Numbered from the stretch's first letter, positions 39,697 through 50,300 are shown. The stretch is 64,000 nucleotides of DNA from Verrucomicrobiales bacterium (GCA_028047635.1 JAOFXR010000009.1:14902-78901); one strand, 5' to 3'. The notes: generated by a model from the letters alone, not told the origin. A program made the numbers and translations.

Positions 39697-40473
39697 TCAG
39701 AGCCCGGCCACTTCCTCTGCAATCGCCCCATTGAGCATTTTCTCCAGTTCCTCCAAAACCTGAGCAATATACCAGCCGTCCATGAGGCGATGATCATAAG
39801 CGATCGTGACGCGGCATTTACCGCTCTCATCAAACGGGCCGTAGGTCATCGTCGAGGTCAGCATACCGGGAGGATCTTGAATCACGGTCCCCCTGCTCCC
39901 CACCGTGGTGATGCCAAAAGTGCCCATCTTGCGGGCCCGGCGATCGCCCATCCAATTCAACCAAATCCACATCAGTGATCGCCTCAACCAGGTAGGAAGG
40001 TGCGCCGCTTTGTAGTGCCATCGAAAGACCTGCTCGACAGGCTCATCACGATAATTCTCCAGGCGATTCTGAAGCACCACAAGCTCCTTAGCTTCAGGCT
40101 TATCAAATGAAGCAAAAAACAGCCACTCCTCGTCCTCGTAGCTTCGCTTCACACTGAGCATTGCAACACTATGAGGGTGTTGATAAATGAAGGGCCTCGG
40201 AAACCGCATCCAACTTTGGCGTAGCGCCGGATGCTTAGCCGCTACCGTTGCATAGGCTTTAATGAACAAAACCGGCCACGCAATTTTCTCCGCGGCCTCG
40301 TCACGACATTGCTTGAGACGACCGAGATCAAACTCGCGAAAATGGGAAACGGTGGGGAGTGATTTCTCAAGCTGGAGCAAATCACAAACGAGAACTCGAC
40401 TGCGGGGAATTGAGAAACGACGACAATCAGGATTCGACTTTTCTTCTTCCTGAGATTTTTGAACTGAGCGCAC
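39697..40473 (-). CDS. Stand-alone 2-oxoacid dehydrogenase E2-like acyltransferase catalytic domain
   Basis: GTFGITTVG, YDHRLMDG (HxxxDG); no lipoyl domain. Confidence 0.75.
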   Translation of the reverse strand: MRSVQKSQEEEKSNPDCRRFSIPRSRVLVCDLLQLEKSLPTVSHFREFDLGRLKQCRDEAAEKIAWPVLFIKAYATVAAKHPALRQSWMRFPRPFIYQHPHSVAMLSVKRSYEDEEWLFFASFDKPEAKELVVLQNRLENYRDEPVEQVFRWHYKAAHLPTWLRRSLMWIWLNWMGDRRARKMGTFGITTVGSRGTVIQDPPGMLTSTMTYGPFDESGKCRVTIAYDHRLMDGWYIAQVLEELEKMLNGAIAEEVAGL

Positions 40474-40499
40474 GGGATACAGTGTTCAGTTACCAATCA

Positions 40500-42734
40500 C
40501 TACTCCCCGGAAGTTGGAGCCACTGCCGGATCGACTTCCGGCTCTGAATTAGCCGCTGGCGGAGTAGCTGCATCGTCTACTTTCTTCTTCTCCCCCTTAT
40601 CTTTCCACTTTCCTTTCGGCTTACCATTCTTCGGCTTGGCCTTTTCAGCACCACGCACCGGGTTCTCTACCTCGGAGACAATACGAAATCCGGTCAGGAA
40701 ATTCTTTTCATTCGCTGACTCAGCTGCGCGGCGCGCCGTCAGCTCGAAACCGGAAGTGGTCGCAAATGAAGCACCTCGCTTCAACGGCACCTGCTTATCG
40801 GGCTGGTCGGGGTGAGCGACCCACGTTCCGGTCCACTCACTGACATTTCCAGCGAGGCCAAATACGCCGTAACGACTCTCATCAGCCGCGATCGCATCAA
40901 CCGGACACCAATATTTGTAACCATCAATGGAGCCTGCTTCCGTCCCGTCTTTGGACTCATGATCAATACCGCTGTTAAAATTGGCATTCACCTTCTCGTC
41001 CCCCCAGGGAAATTTACTGCCGGCCCGACCACGTGCCGCTTTCTCCCACTCCTGTTCAACAGGAAGACGACCTCCGCGCCATTTGGCGTAGGCGTGTGCG
41101 TCCCACCAATCGACGCCAACGACCGGGCAATTCATGTCAATTTCGCCACCGTGGAAAGTCCCCTCCCTTTTTGCATCCTTCAGCACTTCGGCCCAGCGTT
41201 CAGGCTCATAAGTTAACTTCGTTTCCGGCTGATCAGAGTGGCGCAGCGAAACGATTTTATTCGGGTGAGCATTAATGTCGTCGAGGAATTCGGCGTAGTC
41301 CGCGATCGTGACTTCATACTGCCCAATCCAGAACTCAGGCAGCTCAATCTCCTCACCATCCTGAAAAGGAAACACGCCGGAAGGAATCTTGGTAAGCCCA
41401 TTCAACTTTCGAATGTTCGGTTCTGACCCGAGAAACAGAAAAGCAGCCAGCCCGGCGAGAATAAGAACTCCCACAAGAGTTCCCACGATTAGCGCATTCT
41501 GATTCGACTTTTTTTCGGTCATCACCGCGATATCGCGATCTGAGAGTTCCTGTTCGCCTGAGGCTTCAATGGCAGACTGCAAAGCCTTGATCGAATTAAT
41601 TCCGTCAATTCGATCCGTCCCGAGACGGTCCACTAGAGAAAAAAGATTCCTGTCGATGCCCGGCTTCTGCACAAACGGCGCAAGCGCTTCACCGAGGAGT
41701 TCCATCTGCTCGCGCTCTTCCTGCGGGGTAATAACGACACCCACACCCTTGACCGGATTGGCGATACGAGGCTCAGCCCCTTTCACGACAAGAATACTCT
41801 GCGCTGTGAAAAGCCGATGCGACATCACATTTTCGCGGAGGTAATTCAAGGCATCGGCACAAGACTCCAATACCTTCCAAATCACACCTTCCTCCAGATC
41901 ACTGCGACGACGCGCGAGATCGCTCAAGCTCGGAGCATCGACCAGTTCCAGGGTATAAAAATTAACACCCAACTCCTGGTCGCACTCATACACAAGCGAA
42001 ATGGCCGGATGATTCACCGAGGCTCGCGCACTCGCCTCATTCACAAATCCTTGAACCCAATTGATGTCTTTGCGATGCTTTCGGTAGAGTGTCTTCAACG
42101 CCACTCGGCGACCAATTGAGGTTTGCTCTGCTTCATAGAGAGCAAAATTATCGTCCTCTTGAATCTCGCGAAGCAATTTGTAGTCACCAAGACGCATCCC
42201 CACGGGAAGGGCAGCCTCAGGAAGTGAGACCGCTACCGAATCCACTTGAGGAAGCGGTTCGGCGGGAGGCTCGCCACTTGGCGCCGTTTCAATCTCCGGC
42301 GGAGGAGACCCTACAGGCTCCTGCGTGCTTGCTGTACAACCTTCCCGGGCCTCGCCATCAGCGGCCGTTTGATTCACACTTTGCTCGAACCACTCAATGA
42401 GAGCGCCTCGATTCACCGGCTTGAAAAACAAACGCTCATTCTTAAAGACGCGCTCATAAAACTCGGTCATATCGCCATGACTGCAAAAGACACAGGGAAA
42501 CAGACCCATCTCTCCCTGCAAATGATCTCTAAAATCAAGAATATCAACGCCCACCTCTGCTGAGAGACCTGCGATCATAGAAGAAACCCGCCCGATATCA
42601 CGCGTCAGATCCCAGGCTTCGGCCGCATTATTTGCCTCAATAAAACGATCAACTCGTTCATCGAGCACTGATCGCACCGCAGCGCGATCTTCAGGTGAAG
42701 CATCAATAATTAAAACAATTGTCTCTGTCGACAT
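40500..42734 (-). CDS. Pseudo-receiver + pseudokinase + TM + FGE/SUMF1-domain protein
   Basis: REC-like N-terminus, RRVALK but HRL and no DFG, TM, RLPVEQEWEKAARG, GNVSEW. Confidence 0.8.
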   Translation of the reverse strand: MSTETIVLIIDASPEDRAAVRSVLDERVDRFIEANNAAEAWDLTRDIGRVSSMIAGLSAEVGVDILDFRDHLQGEMGLFPCVFCSHGDMTEFYERVFKNERLFFKPVNRGALIEWFEQSVNQTAADGEAREGCTASTQEPVGSPPPEIETAPSGEPPAEPLPQVDSVAVSLPEAALPVGMRLGDYKLLREIQEDDNFALYEAEQTSIGRRVALKTLYRKHRKDINWVQGFVNEASARASVNHPAISLVYECDQELGVNFYTLELVDAPSLSDLARRRSDLEEGVIWKVLESCADALNYLRENVMSHRLFTAQSILVVKGAEPRIANPVKGVGVVITPQEEREQMELLGEALAPFVQKPGIDRNLFSLVDRLGTDRIDGINSIKALQSAIEASGEQELSDRDIAVMTEKKSNQNALIVGTLVGVLILAGLAAFLFLGSEPNIRKLNGLTKIPSGVFPFQDGEEIELPEFWIGQYEVTIADYAEFLDDINAHPNKIVSLRHSDQPETKLTYEPERWAEVLKDAKREGTFHGGEIDMNCPVVGVDWWDAHAYAKWRGGRLPVEQEWEKAARGRAGSKFPWGDEKVNANFNSGIDHESKDGTEAGSIDGYKYWCPVDAIAADESRYGVFGLAGNVSEWTGTWVAHPDQPDKQVPLKRGASFATTSGFELTARRAAESANEKNFLTGFRIVSEVENPVRGAEKAKPKNGKPKGKWKDKGEKKKVDDAATPPAANSEPEVDPAVAPTSGE

Positions 42735-42742
42735 AAAGCGAT

Positions 42743-44017
42743 TCAAGGGGTAAGCGGATCCGGAAACAAGGCATTATCAGGTCCAAGGAAAACTGGCGCT
42801 TTCTCTTCCTGATCAGGAGACTCCTGAATTCTGAGAGCGGCAATCTCTTCGGGCATGGTAACTTTATCCTGCAATTGGTCACGGTAATAAAGTTCAATTG
42901 CGTATCCATAATAGCGCCGCTCACCAAGTTCTCTAGCCTGTTCTTCAGAAAACACCGGTTGATGATAATTTACCACAATTTCCTCCGTTCCATCAACAGC
43001 CCAATCGTACGGCTCCGTGGGATAAAGCTTTGAGGTATCTGCCGTCGAAGCCTCGATTGTCTGACCATCGACAATATCGTAAAAATATACCGCCAGAGCT
43101 AAATCAGCTCCCGAAGGAGAACTGGAAGCACTCGCATCCACAATCACCCGCAGTGACACTTTCTGCCCTTGCTCATCAGGCTTTGCCTCGTTGACGATTA
43201 CTTCTCCTATTTTCATCTGCTGCACGGTCGATCCCGCAAGCGGCACTTGATCACCTTCGAGAACACCATTCGCGATTCGATAATAATCGCCGGAAGCGAC
43301 CGGCCCCAAATCGACAATGCGAGCCCAATGGACTAGGGCATCCGCTTCGCGACCGAGTTGATTGTAGGTCGCAGCCAACTCTCCTAACACGCGGGGATGA
43401 TTGGGAAGCGCCCCTTCAACTTGCTTAAACGCATCGAGAGCGCCCATCGGATTGCCTCCTGCGCACAACTCTTCCCCTGCAGCCATGAGTCGATCAAGAA
43501 CAGGGTCATCAATTTTTTCGACCGTAAGTTGAGCCGCCGCCAGCGATTCACTGAGAGACTGATCATTGCTCTGACCGCCGGAGAATGGGGGCTCAGGCAA
43601 AATGGAGGCCTTCGAAAAAGGTCGAACTTCAATCCCCGAACTGGAAAACTCCCCCCCGACGTTCGAACCGCCAATATTTCCGGGAAGCCCCGGTCCCAAC
43701 CCGCGGGAGGAATTCGTAAAAGCCTCAGATTCGGAAGCAATACTCCCCCCTCCAGTTCCCTCAGGCACCTTTCCATTCTCAACGAAAACGGCAGCAGGAT
43801 CCATGAAATTGCCAGTCGAATCAGCCCCTCCAACGGTCGCCGGGCCGGATGTCGACGCGACGCCGTCGCCGCCAGGCTGGAACCTTTTCGCCGGGCGGCG
43901 CAACATTTCGAGCGCAGACGCGAAAAAAAGCGTCGCGGCAAGCGTGCCTACCACCCACATCACCGAATTGAAGGTCTGACCATAATCGGCCCGATCTGAT
44001 AACAGGTTATCCGCCAT
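42743..44017 (-). CDS. Membrane-anchored TPR protein
   Basis: N-terminal TM, Gly/Ser linker, TPR helices, beta-rich C-domain. Confidence 0.65.
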   Translation of the reverse strand: MADNLLSDRADYGQTFNSVMWVVGTLAATLFFASALEMLRRPAKRFQPGGDGVASTSGPATVGGADSTGNFMDPAAVFVENGKVPEGTGGGSIASESEAFTNSSRGLGPGLPGNIGGSNVGGEFSSSGIEVRPFSKASILPEPPFSGGQSNDQSLSESLAAAQLTVEKIDDPVLDRLMAAGEELCAGGNPMGALDAFKQVEGALPNHPRVLGELAATYNQLGREADALVHWARIVDLGPVASGDYYRIANGVLEGDQVPLAGSTVQQMKIGEVIVNEAKPDEQGQKVSLRVIVDASASSSPSGADLALAVYFYDIVDGQTIEASTADTSKLYPTEPYDWAVDGTEEIVVNYHQPVFSEEQARELGERRYYGYAIELYYRDQLQDKVTMPEEIAALRIQESPDQEEKAPVFLGPDNALFPDPLTP

Positions 44018-44271
44018 ACACTTTGAAACACAAATTGATCCCTAAACTTTCCGGACCATCTAAAATACCTCGCCCAATATAGTAGGCGAATCGATGAATT
44101 TCAACCAAACGCAGCCGCCCTGAACCGCGTGGAAAAGGAAAATTCCCCAGAAATTGAAAAAAAAGTCTCAACAGTCAGCTGATTTCACGTTACCGTTCTA
44201 ACATAAGTAAACAGCCGGACATCAACGCTTCGCCTGTTCCACTCAACCAAACGATTAACCAATTTCATACC

Positions 44272-44589
44272 GTGAGCAGTCATTTATCCAGCGACATCCA
44301 GATTGAAGGCGACCTTAACTGTTCGACCGACCTCATCTTTGATGGTTCCATTAAAGGAAATATTAACTCCAAAGGAAGCCTGACGATTGGTCAGAACGCC
44401 TCCGTCTCAGGAGACCTCGAAGCCGACAAGGCAATCATCGAAGGAAAAGTTGCCGGCAACGGGGATTTCAATTCATGTCGCCTTTCCCCCACTTCCATCA
44501 TCACTGGTTCCGTAAGCACGGTCAGTCTCCAGATGGAAGAAGGTGCATCACTCGAAGGCCAGTGCAAAGTGGGTAAGGCCAAAGCCTGA
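44272..44589 (+). CDS. Bactofilin (polymer-forming cytoskeletal protein)
   Basis: IEGDL..DGSIKGNI..LTIG..VSGDL..IIEGKV..LQMEEGASLEG beta-helix pattern. Confidence 0.92.
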   Translation: MSSHLSSDIQIEGDLNCSTDLIFDGSIKGNINSKGSLTIGQNASVSGDLEADKAIIEGKVAGNGDFNSCRLSPTSIITGSVSTVSLQMEEGASLEGQCKVGKAKA

Positions 44590-44634
44590 TCAACCGAATC
44601 AATTCTCATTTCCTTCAGCAGGAAAAATCAATAG

Positions 44635-44664
44635 AGCGACTCGCGTTACGCGGTCGCTTTTTTT
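44635..44664 (+). terminator. Intrinsic terminator after bactofilin
   Basis: AGCGAC-TCGCGTTACGCG-GTCGCT plus T run. Confidence 0.8.
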
Positions 44665-44764
44665 GTGCCCGCTCATCAACCAGTCGATAGCCAACAGGGT
44701 TATGCCATCGATCCACCCCTCTATAGCCGTGACATCAGTGAAGGAATCATGACACTCTCAGATA

Positions 44765-46060
44765 ATGAGCATTCTACGTATTCTAGTCATCGCGACGCTC
44801 GCAATTCCGTTGCCAAACTTGCAGTCTGAGGAACTGAATAAAACCAACATCAAAGTCGTCGATTTCCTTCCTGAGGATTTCATCCGTGACGGCTCAATCA
44901 GTTATCAGGCTAATTTGCAGGAAGCGATCAATGCCGTTCCTGAAACGGGAGGCACTCTCATTTTCCCGGCGGCCACTTTTCTCCTCGATAATCTCAGGGG
45001 GCTAGAATTGCGCTCCCATTTTACCCTTGAAATGCACGGGGCAACCTTCCTCGCCAGCGACCAGCACACGGAAGACGGGCAACTCTTTCGGGGCAAAGAC
45101 ATCTCAGGTCTTTCGTTACATGGCGGCAAGATCGTCGGTCGAAATGACAAATGGTCCGACGGAGTGAATATCCGCGGCATTTATCTCACTGGACCATGCC
45201 ATAACATCCGAATTACCGGGATGGAGATCCGCGACCTGTCCAGCAACGGCATCGGTATCTTCGCTGAAGACGAAGAACATCCCGCAAACGATATTTGGGT
45301 GACCGATACAATAATCGACAATTGCTCCAATAAATACGGAGACTACCGCGCACCCCAAGGCGAGCGCCGCGGCCCCGAAAAGGGTTCCACACGAGAAGAT
45401 CAGGGCGTGATCGCTTTCTATCATGTGCACGACTTTACGATTCGAGGATGCCGTTTTGAAGATTCGCGCTCCGACGGAACGCACTTCTTTTTCTGCCGAC
45501 GCGGACAAATCACCGACTGTAAAATCTACCGGGCAAAAATGGGAGGCTACTTCCTCGAAAGCTGTCACCACATTCTCGCGACAGGGAATGTGATTCGGGA
45601 CAATGGCTCGCGCGGAGTCACGATCGAGCGGGGAAGCCAATTTTGCACCCTGACCGGGAACACGATTCAAGGAAGCGGCCGCGAGGGGCTTTGGATTCCT
45701 GATTCGCTCCGATGCATTGTGACCGGGAATATTTTCTCACTCAATGGACGCAAAGAAAACGGCGACACTCTAAATACAATTTGGAACGCTAACATTACCA
45801 TTAACCAGGCTCGCGGCGACAAGTTCAACACACCGACCGCATACTACCTCATCGCGAATAACATGATCGAGACCGATAACAACCAGGTCGCCGCCATTCG
45901 CGTCGATACCCGCACCGAAACCGAAGACATCACCATTTCCGGCAACACGCTCATCGGAGCCAATCGAAAAATCATCGTCGAAGGCCCCGATCAAAAGGCC
46001 GTCACCATTAGCGAAAACAGCGGCGCCGAAGTGGCGCGAGTCGAGGCGGTTCCTGAATGA
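44765..46060 (+). CDS. Secreted right-handed parallel beta-helix protein (pectate lyase superfamily)
   Basis: LQEAIN...GGTLIFPA, repeated ITGN/GN motifs. Confidence 0.8.
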   Translation: MSILRILVIATLAIPLPNLQSEELNKTNIKVVDFLPEDFIRDGSISYQANLQEAINAVPETGGTLIFPAATFLLDNLRGLELRSHFTLEMHGATFLASDQHTEDGQLFRGKDISGLSLHGGKIVGRNDKWSDGVNIRGIYLTGPCHNIRITGMEIRDLSSNGIGIFAEDEEHPANDIWVTDTIIDNCSNKYGDYRAPQGERRGPEKGSTREDQGVIAFYHVHDFTIRGCRFEDSRSDGTHFFFCRRGQITDCKIYRAKMGGYFLESCHHILATGNVIRDNGSRGVTIERGSQFCTLTGNTIQGSGREGLWIPDSLRCIVTGNIFSLNGRKENGDTLNTIWNANITINQARGDKFNTPTAYYLIANNMIETDNNQVAAIRVDTRTETEDITISGNTLIGANRKIIVEGPDQKAVTISENSGAEVARVEAVPE

Positions 46061-46088
46061 TAAAACAGCAAAGGGCAAAGGCGAAACG

Positions 46089-47870
46089 CTACTCAGCCTC
46101 AGCGACGGCGTCTTCCAATCGCTTGATGTGCTCCCCGGGACCTTTCGTTCCCGGGCCAGTAACTGATATCCCATTGGGACAACAATCAGGGAAAACAACG
46201 CCGACAACGCAACGCCGAATAAAATCACGACTCCGATGAAAATGCGGGTTTCAGCCCCTGCGCCGGAGGTGATCACAAGTGGCACCGCCCCCATCACCGT
46301 AGTAAGACCCGTCATAATAATAGGGCGCAACCGCCGAACCCAACCATCGAGCACCGCAGAGTCAAAATAATTAAGCGCCTCACCCAGGCTGTAACCATCT
46401 GCAAGGCTCGCTTCAATCGTTATCGAGCGAATCCGGTTGTAGCGATTCAAGACGCCTGAATTAGCTACTTCCTCAAGCGATACCAGATTAGAGAGCGGCA
46501 CCAACTCCTCAGTGACCTCTGATCGAACGTAAATGTTCGTCAGATCAGCCGGAGTTCGTTTGCGATCATAATCGCTCTCAACAATGACATCGTATTCTTC
46601 GCCGCGCTCAACAAAGGTAGTCACCGTTCGAGATCCTAACAAACTCTCTAAAGCCCGACCGATATTCTGAATCGATACTCCGAGATCACCTGCCCGGTTT
46701 TGATTAATATTAACCCGCAGTTGCGGCTTCGTTTCTTTGTAATCGTAATCAACGCCAATGATCTTCGGGTTCTTCCGAATCTCTGTCAGCATCGCATCGC
46801 GCCAAACGGCCAACTCCTCGTATTCAGGTCCTCCGATCACAAACTGAACCGGTTTCTGTAAGCCACGAGTCAGTCCCTGCCGCATCACCAGCGCATTTTT
46901 CACTCCCGGAATATCGGAAACCCGCTCACGCACCTCGTCCATTATCTCCCACCCGTTACGCCGATCCGCCCAGTCGTCGAGAACCACAATCGTCACCCCT
47001 TGATTGAAGCTCGCAATATTCCCAAAGCCACGCGGAGCCCTGACCGACACCCACATCGCCTCGCCGCTCTCATTTAGATAAAGAAGACGCTTCTCCACTT
47101 CCTCAACCGTCTCGACGATCGAACCGTAACTGGTTCCCTCCGGCGCAGTGGTAATGACAAAGAAGACTCCCCAGTCCTCCTTCGGTGTGAACTCCCGAGG
47201 TAATTCGTTATAGAGATAACAGCCACCAGCACCAAACCCCGCAATGAGCAAGACAAGTAGCACACGCATCTTCAACGCCCTCGATAGGATTCGGCGATAG
47301 ATCGTTTCAACTTTCTGAAACACCCGATTCACCAATCGAGTCAACCAATTGCCTCTCGAAGTTTCAGCCTTTCAGGACCTTGGATGCGATCATGGGTGAC
47401 AACGTCAACGCCACAAAACTGGAAAAACACACGGCGACGGCAAGGGTGATCGCAAACTCAGTAAACAGTTTCCCCAGATCGCCATCGAGGAAAGAAATGG
47501 GAACGAAAACAGCCACTAAAACCAAAGTCGTGGCAATGACGGCAAAAGCGACCTGACGCGTTCCCAGGAATGCGGCCGCGAGGGGATCTCCACCGTTTTC
47601 AATGCGGTGATAAACGTTTTCCAGAACGACAATGGCATCATCAACAACCAGCCCAATCGCGAGAATGAGGGCCAACAAAGTCAATAGGTTGATCGAGAAA
47701 CCGAGCGCATTCAGAACAATGAACGCACTGATCAGAGAGACCGGGACTGTCACCGCGGGGATTAAGGTGGCGCGCGCCGACCCCAGAAATAAATAAATTA
47801 CCGCGATCACCAATCCAACCGAAATGAACAGCGTCGCAGCGACTTGTTTGAGCGATTCAGCAATAAAGAT
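46089..47870 (-). pseudogene. RND (AcrB/MdtB-family) efflux permease remnant
   Basis: GLVVDDAIVVLEN, RLRPIIMT; N-terminus missing, frameshift ~47360, internal deletion ~46365. Confidence 0.85.
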
Positions 47871-47967
47871 TTCGCTCTTTCCCTCCCAGATAAACAGACC
47901 AGTCAACATCCTGAGCGATCGCCGAACCCGCCAAAAGAAAAAGCGCCATGTGAGTCGCCAGTTTCAT
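47857..47967 (-). pseudogene. 5' remnant of a secreted quinoprotein (PQQ glucose dehydrogenase-like)
   Basis: MKLATHMALFLLAGSAIA-QDVDWSVYLGGKERNLY, then fused into RND sequence. Confidence 0.55.
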
Positions 47968-47976
47968 AGCCACAAC

Positions 47977-48372
47977 CTAATCATAGGCAATCGCGATGGC
48001 ATTTGCCGCCGCATGGTTATCCGCATGACTGAGGCTGATCTGAATTTCGACGATTCCATTTCGCTCCATAAAAGCCTTACCCGCACCTGTCAGTTGCGCA
48101 CTTGGCTTTCCTTTTTCATTGCGAAGAATCTCCATATCCGTCCACGCCAGGTCAGCGCCGATTCCGGTTCCCAACGCCTTCGCGATGGCCTCCTTCGCCG
48201 CAAAACGCGCCGCATAGTTCCTCTCAGCATTGCTCATCGCGCTGCAGTAGGCTTTCTCTGGCGCCGTAAAAATACGGTCGAGAAACCGATCTCCAAAACG
48301 TTCAATGGAATCCTGAATTCTCGCGGTGTCGACAATGTCGATTCCGATTCCGTGGATGCGCATATTTCCCAT
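47977..48372 (-). CDS. acpS: Holo-ACP synthase
   Basis: GIGIDIV, RFAAKEA, ISLSH. Confidence 0.95.
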   Translation of the reverse strand: MGNMRIHGIGIDIVDTARIQDSIERFGDRFLDRIFTAPEKAYCSAMSNAERNYAARFAAKEAIAKALGTGIGADLAWTDMEILRNEKGKPSAQLTGAGKAFMERNGIVEIQISLSHADNHAAANAIAIAYD

Positions 48373-48373
48373 C

Positions 48374-48994
48374 TTAAGAAATTCCCTCCGCAATCAACGA
48401 AATCCAGATCACCATCAGCGTACCCCAGCCCGCGATCCAGAGAATGGACAGAATCAATGCGATCCACCAGGTCGCGCCGGTGCGGGGAACAAAACCTGAG
48501 CGATCTTTCCGGTGCCGCAGCAAAAGAAACAGTGCCAACGGCGCCGTGAACAAAGTGAGCGGAGCGAGCAAGGTCACAAGAGCGAGCGCCCGCTTGTCAT
48601 AGAGCTTCGAACTTGCCTTAAAATCAGACGAAGGCTCTTCTTCACGGAGACGATACAAACAGGGAAGACAATACTTCTTCTCACTCCAATGGATCGTGGC
48701 ACGCTCTGACATAAAGCTGCCGCAAGCATCACAAATATTCTCTGCCTTCAGATCAGGATAAAACGTGCAAATAGCATCATCCCCCTCGGAAGGTTGAGAA
48801 ACGCTCTCCAATGAAACCGCCCGGAAGAGACGCTGATAAACCGAGAGGGACACTTCTGCCTGACAAACGGGGCAGTTCTCATCCACATTCAGATTCCCAT
48901 CCTGAATCATAAAAACACCACGGCATCGAGGGCACTGTAGCGTAGCCGAGTGCGCATCAACTGCTGAGTCCATAGAGGAAGTCGTATCAGCCAT
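48374..48994 (-). CDS. Multi-Cys Zn-finger membrane protein
   Basis: CPRC, CPVC, C..CDAC..CLPC, two C-terminal TMs. Confidence 0.7.
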   Translation of the reverse strand: MADTTSSMDSAVDAHSATLQCPRCRGVFMIQDGNLNVDENCPVCQAEVSLSVYQRLFRAVSLESVSQPSEGDDAICTFYPDLKAENICDACGSFMSERATIHWSEKKYCLPCLYRLREEEPSSDFKASSKLYDKRALALVTLLAPLTLFTAPLALFLLLRHRKDRSGFVPRTGATWWIALILSILWIAGWGTLMVIWISLIAEGIS

Positions 48995-49006
48995 CGTTAT
49001 AAATAA

Positions 49007-49960
49007 TTATTTTCGAACCACCCGGGTTCCGATCAGACGATCATGAAAGGCACGACGTTCGGGATCAAATGCCGCCATCCAGTAGATGCCGGCACAGAGC
49101 CCGAGGAGCGCCACGTAAACAAACATTCCCGTGACCATCGCCAGCACGAAAGCGGAAGCGTCTTCATCGCCACCTAAATCGAGCGCGGCAAGCCCTCCCA
49201 CCACGGCAGCAAATCCCAGCGTCGAGGGGAGAAAGAGAATCAGATAGTTCAGGGGCTTCTTCACGAGCCATCGTAAAAAAGCTCTCTTATAGGTGAGCTT
49301 CGAACCATCCGGATTGACCACTTTGGCACCGATAATCAGCTTTCCGAGCGTACCCTGATATTTCCCCACCATCCAGGTTTCGTAAAAGATGCTCACCGCA
49401 AGGATCGCGAGTAATCCCAACCCATAGCAGACACCCATGATCACACTCCATCCGGCAAAGATATCTTCAGGATCATCACCTCCCACAGACATGCCTCCGG
49501 AAAAAGCGGCCACGTAGTAGGGAATCATGCAAATCCACGAAGGGATCATTTTGATCATGTAATCGAGAACCGAAGACAGAACCCGCCACCAGAACCCCAC
49601 GTAATCGAACCTTTTCGCCGTCGCATCCTGAACCTTAATCGTTCCGGATTCCATCAAGGTTTGAACAAAGCCCTCTTTATGCTCAGGCCCAACCAAAGCT
49701 TCGCCGTAGGGAATCATTTCCGAGACCGAATACACCTGTTCCGAGTGCGCACACACTCCAATTTCTAGTGGGACACCAGATTCAGTATCTCGATAGAACC
49801 CCTGAGCCACCGAACGAAAACTCACCCATTCAGCGAAACCTTCCTGCCATACCAGAGACTTGGCATTGATATCACCGTTCAGATTCAGCTCGAGCAGAGA
49901 TGAATCATCAATCGGCCCCTGTTGGATTGCCTCTTTGTCTGTGTAAAACCAACTAGCCAT
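49007..49960 (-). CDS. GYF_2 + RDD-family membrane protein
   Basis: WFY...QQGP...LVWQEGF.EW (GYF_2); GFWWR...D, TLGK, HDRLIGTRVV (RDD). Confidence 0.85.
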   Translation of the reverse strand: MASWFYTDKEAIQQGPIDDSSLLELNLNGDINAKSLVWQEGFAEWVSFRSVAQGFYRDTESGVPLEIGVCAHSEQVYSVSEMIPYGEALVGPEHKEGFVQTLMESGTIKVQDATAKRFDYVGFWWRVLSSVLDYMIKMIPSWICMIPYYVAAFSGGMSVGGDDPEDIFAGWSVIMGVCYGLGLLAILAVSIFYETWMVGKYQGTLGKLIIGAKVVNPDGSKLTYKRAFLRWLVKKPLNYLILFLPSTLGFAAVVGGLAALDLGGDEDASAFVLAMVTGMFVYVALLGLCAGIYWMAAFDPERRAFHDRLIGTRVVRK

Positions 49961-50038
49961 TTAGTGGGAACAAGGTGCAAAAAAATAGTGTCTCTGTAAA
50001 CGTAAAATTGAGAAATGACGGATTCAAAGGCCTCAGAC

Positions 50039-50287
50039 TTAACCACCTTGAACCGGAGGCATCAGTGCGACTTCATCCCCGTCTTTGATTACCTCATTAC
50101 GAGCCGAATACTCGCAGTTCACTGCTACCAGCATTTTGGCATCCCACTCCTTCATTGCCGGGAACTTTTGATAAACGGATTCCAAAAACGTCGAGACGAG
50201 CACCTCGGATCCCTCAAACGAGAATCCCAGTTCATCGCTCCCGCAGATATCACGGAACAGGGAAAAAAGTAATACTTTAATCTTCAT
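50039..50287 (-). CDS. moaD: MoaD/ThiS sulfur carrier protein
   Basis: VAVN...DGDEVALMPPVQGG C-terminal GG. Confidence 0.85.
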   Translation of the reverse strand: MKIKVLLFSLFRDICGSDELGFSFEGSEVLVSTFLESVYQKFPAMKEWDAKMLVAVNCEYSARNEVIKDGDEVALMPPVQGG

Positions 50288-50300
50288 GCGCAGCTTCGAT

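Noticed and set aside
45770-46088. Long RND C-terminal overlap with the beta-helix gene
   Set aside because: Product of a frameshift; the natural RND stop appears to be at 46089-46091
47824-48549. 241-aa plus-strand ORF
   Set aside because: Antisense to acpS with no recognisable motifs
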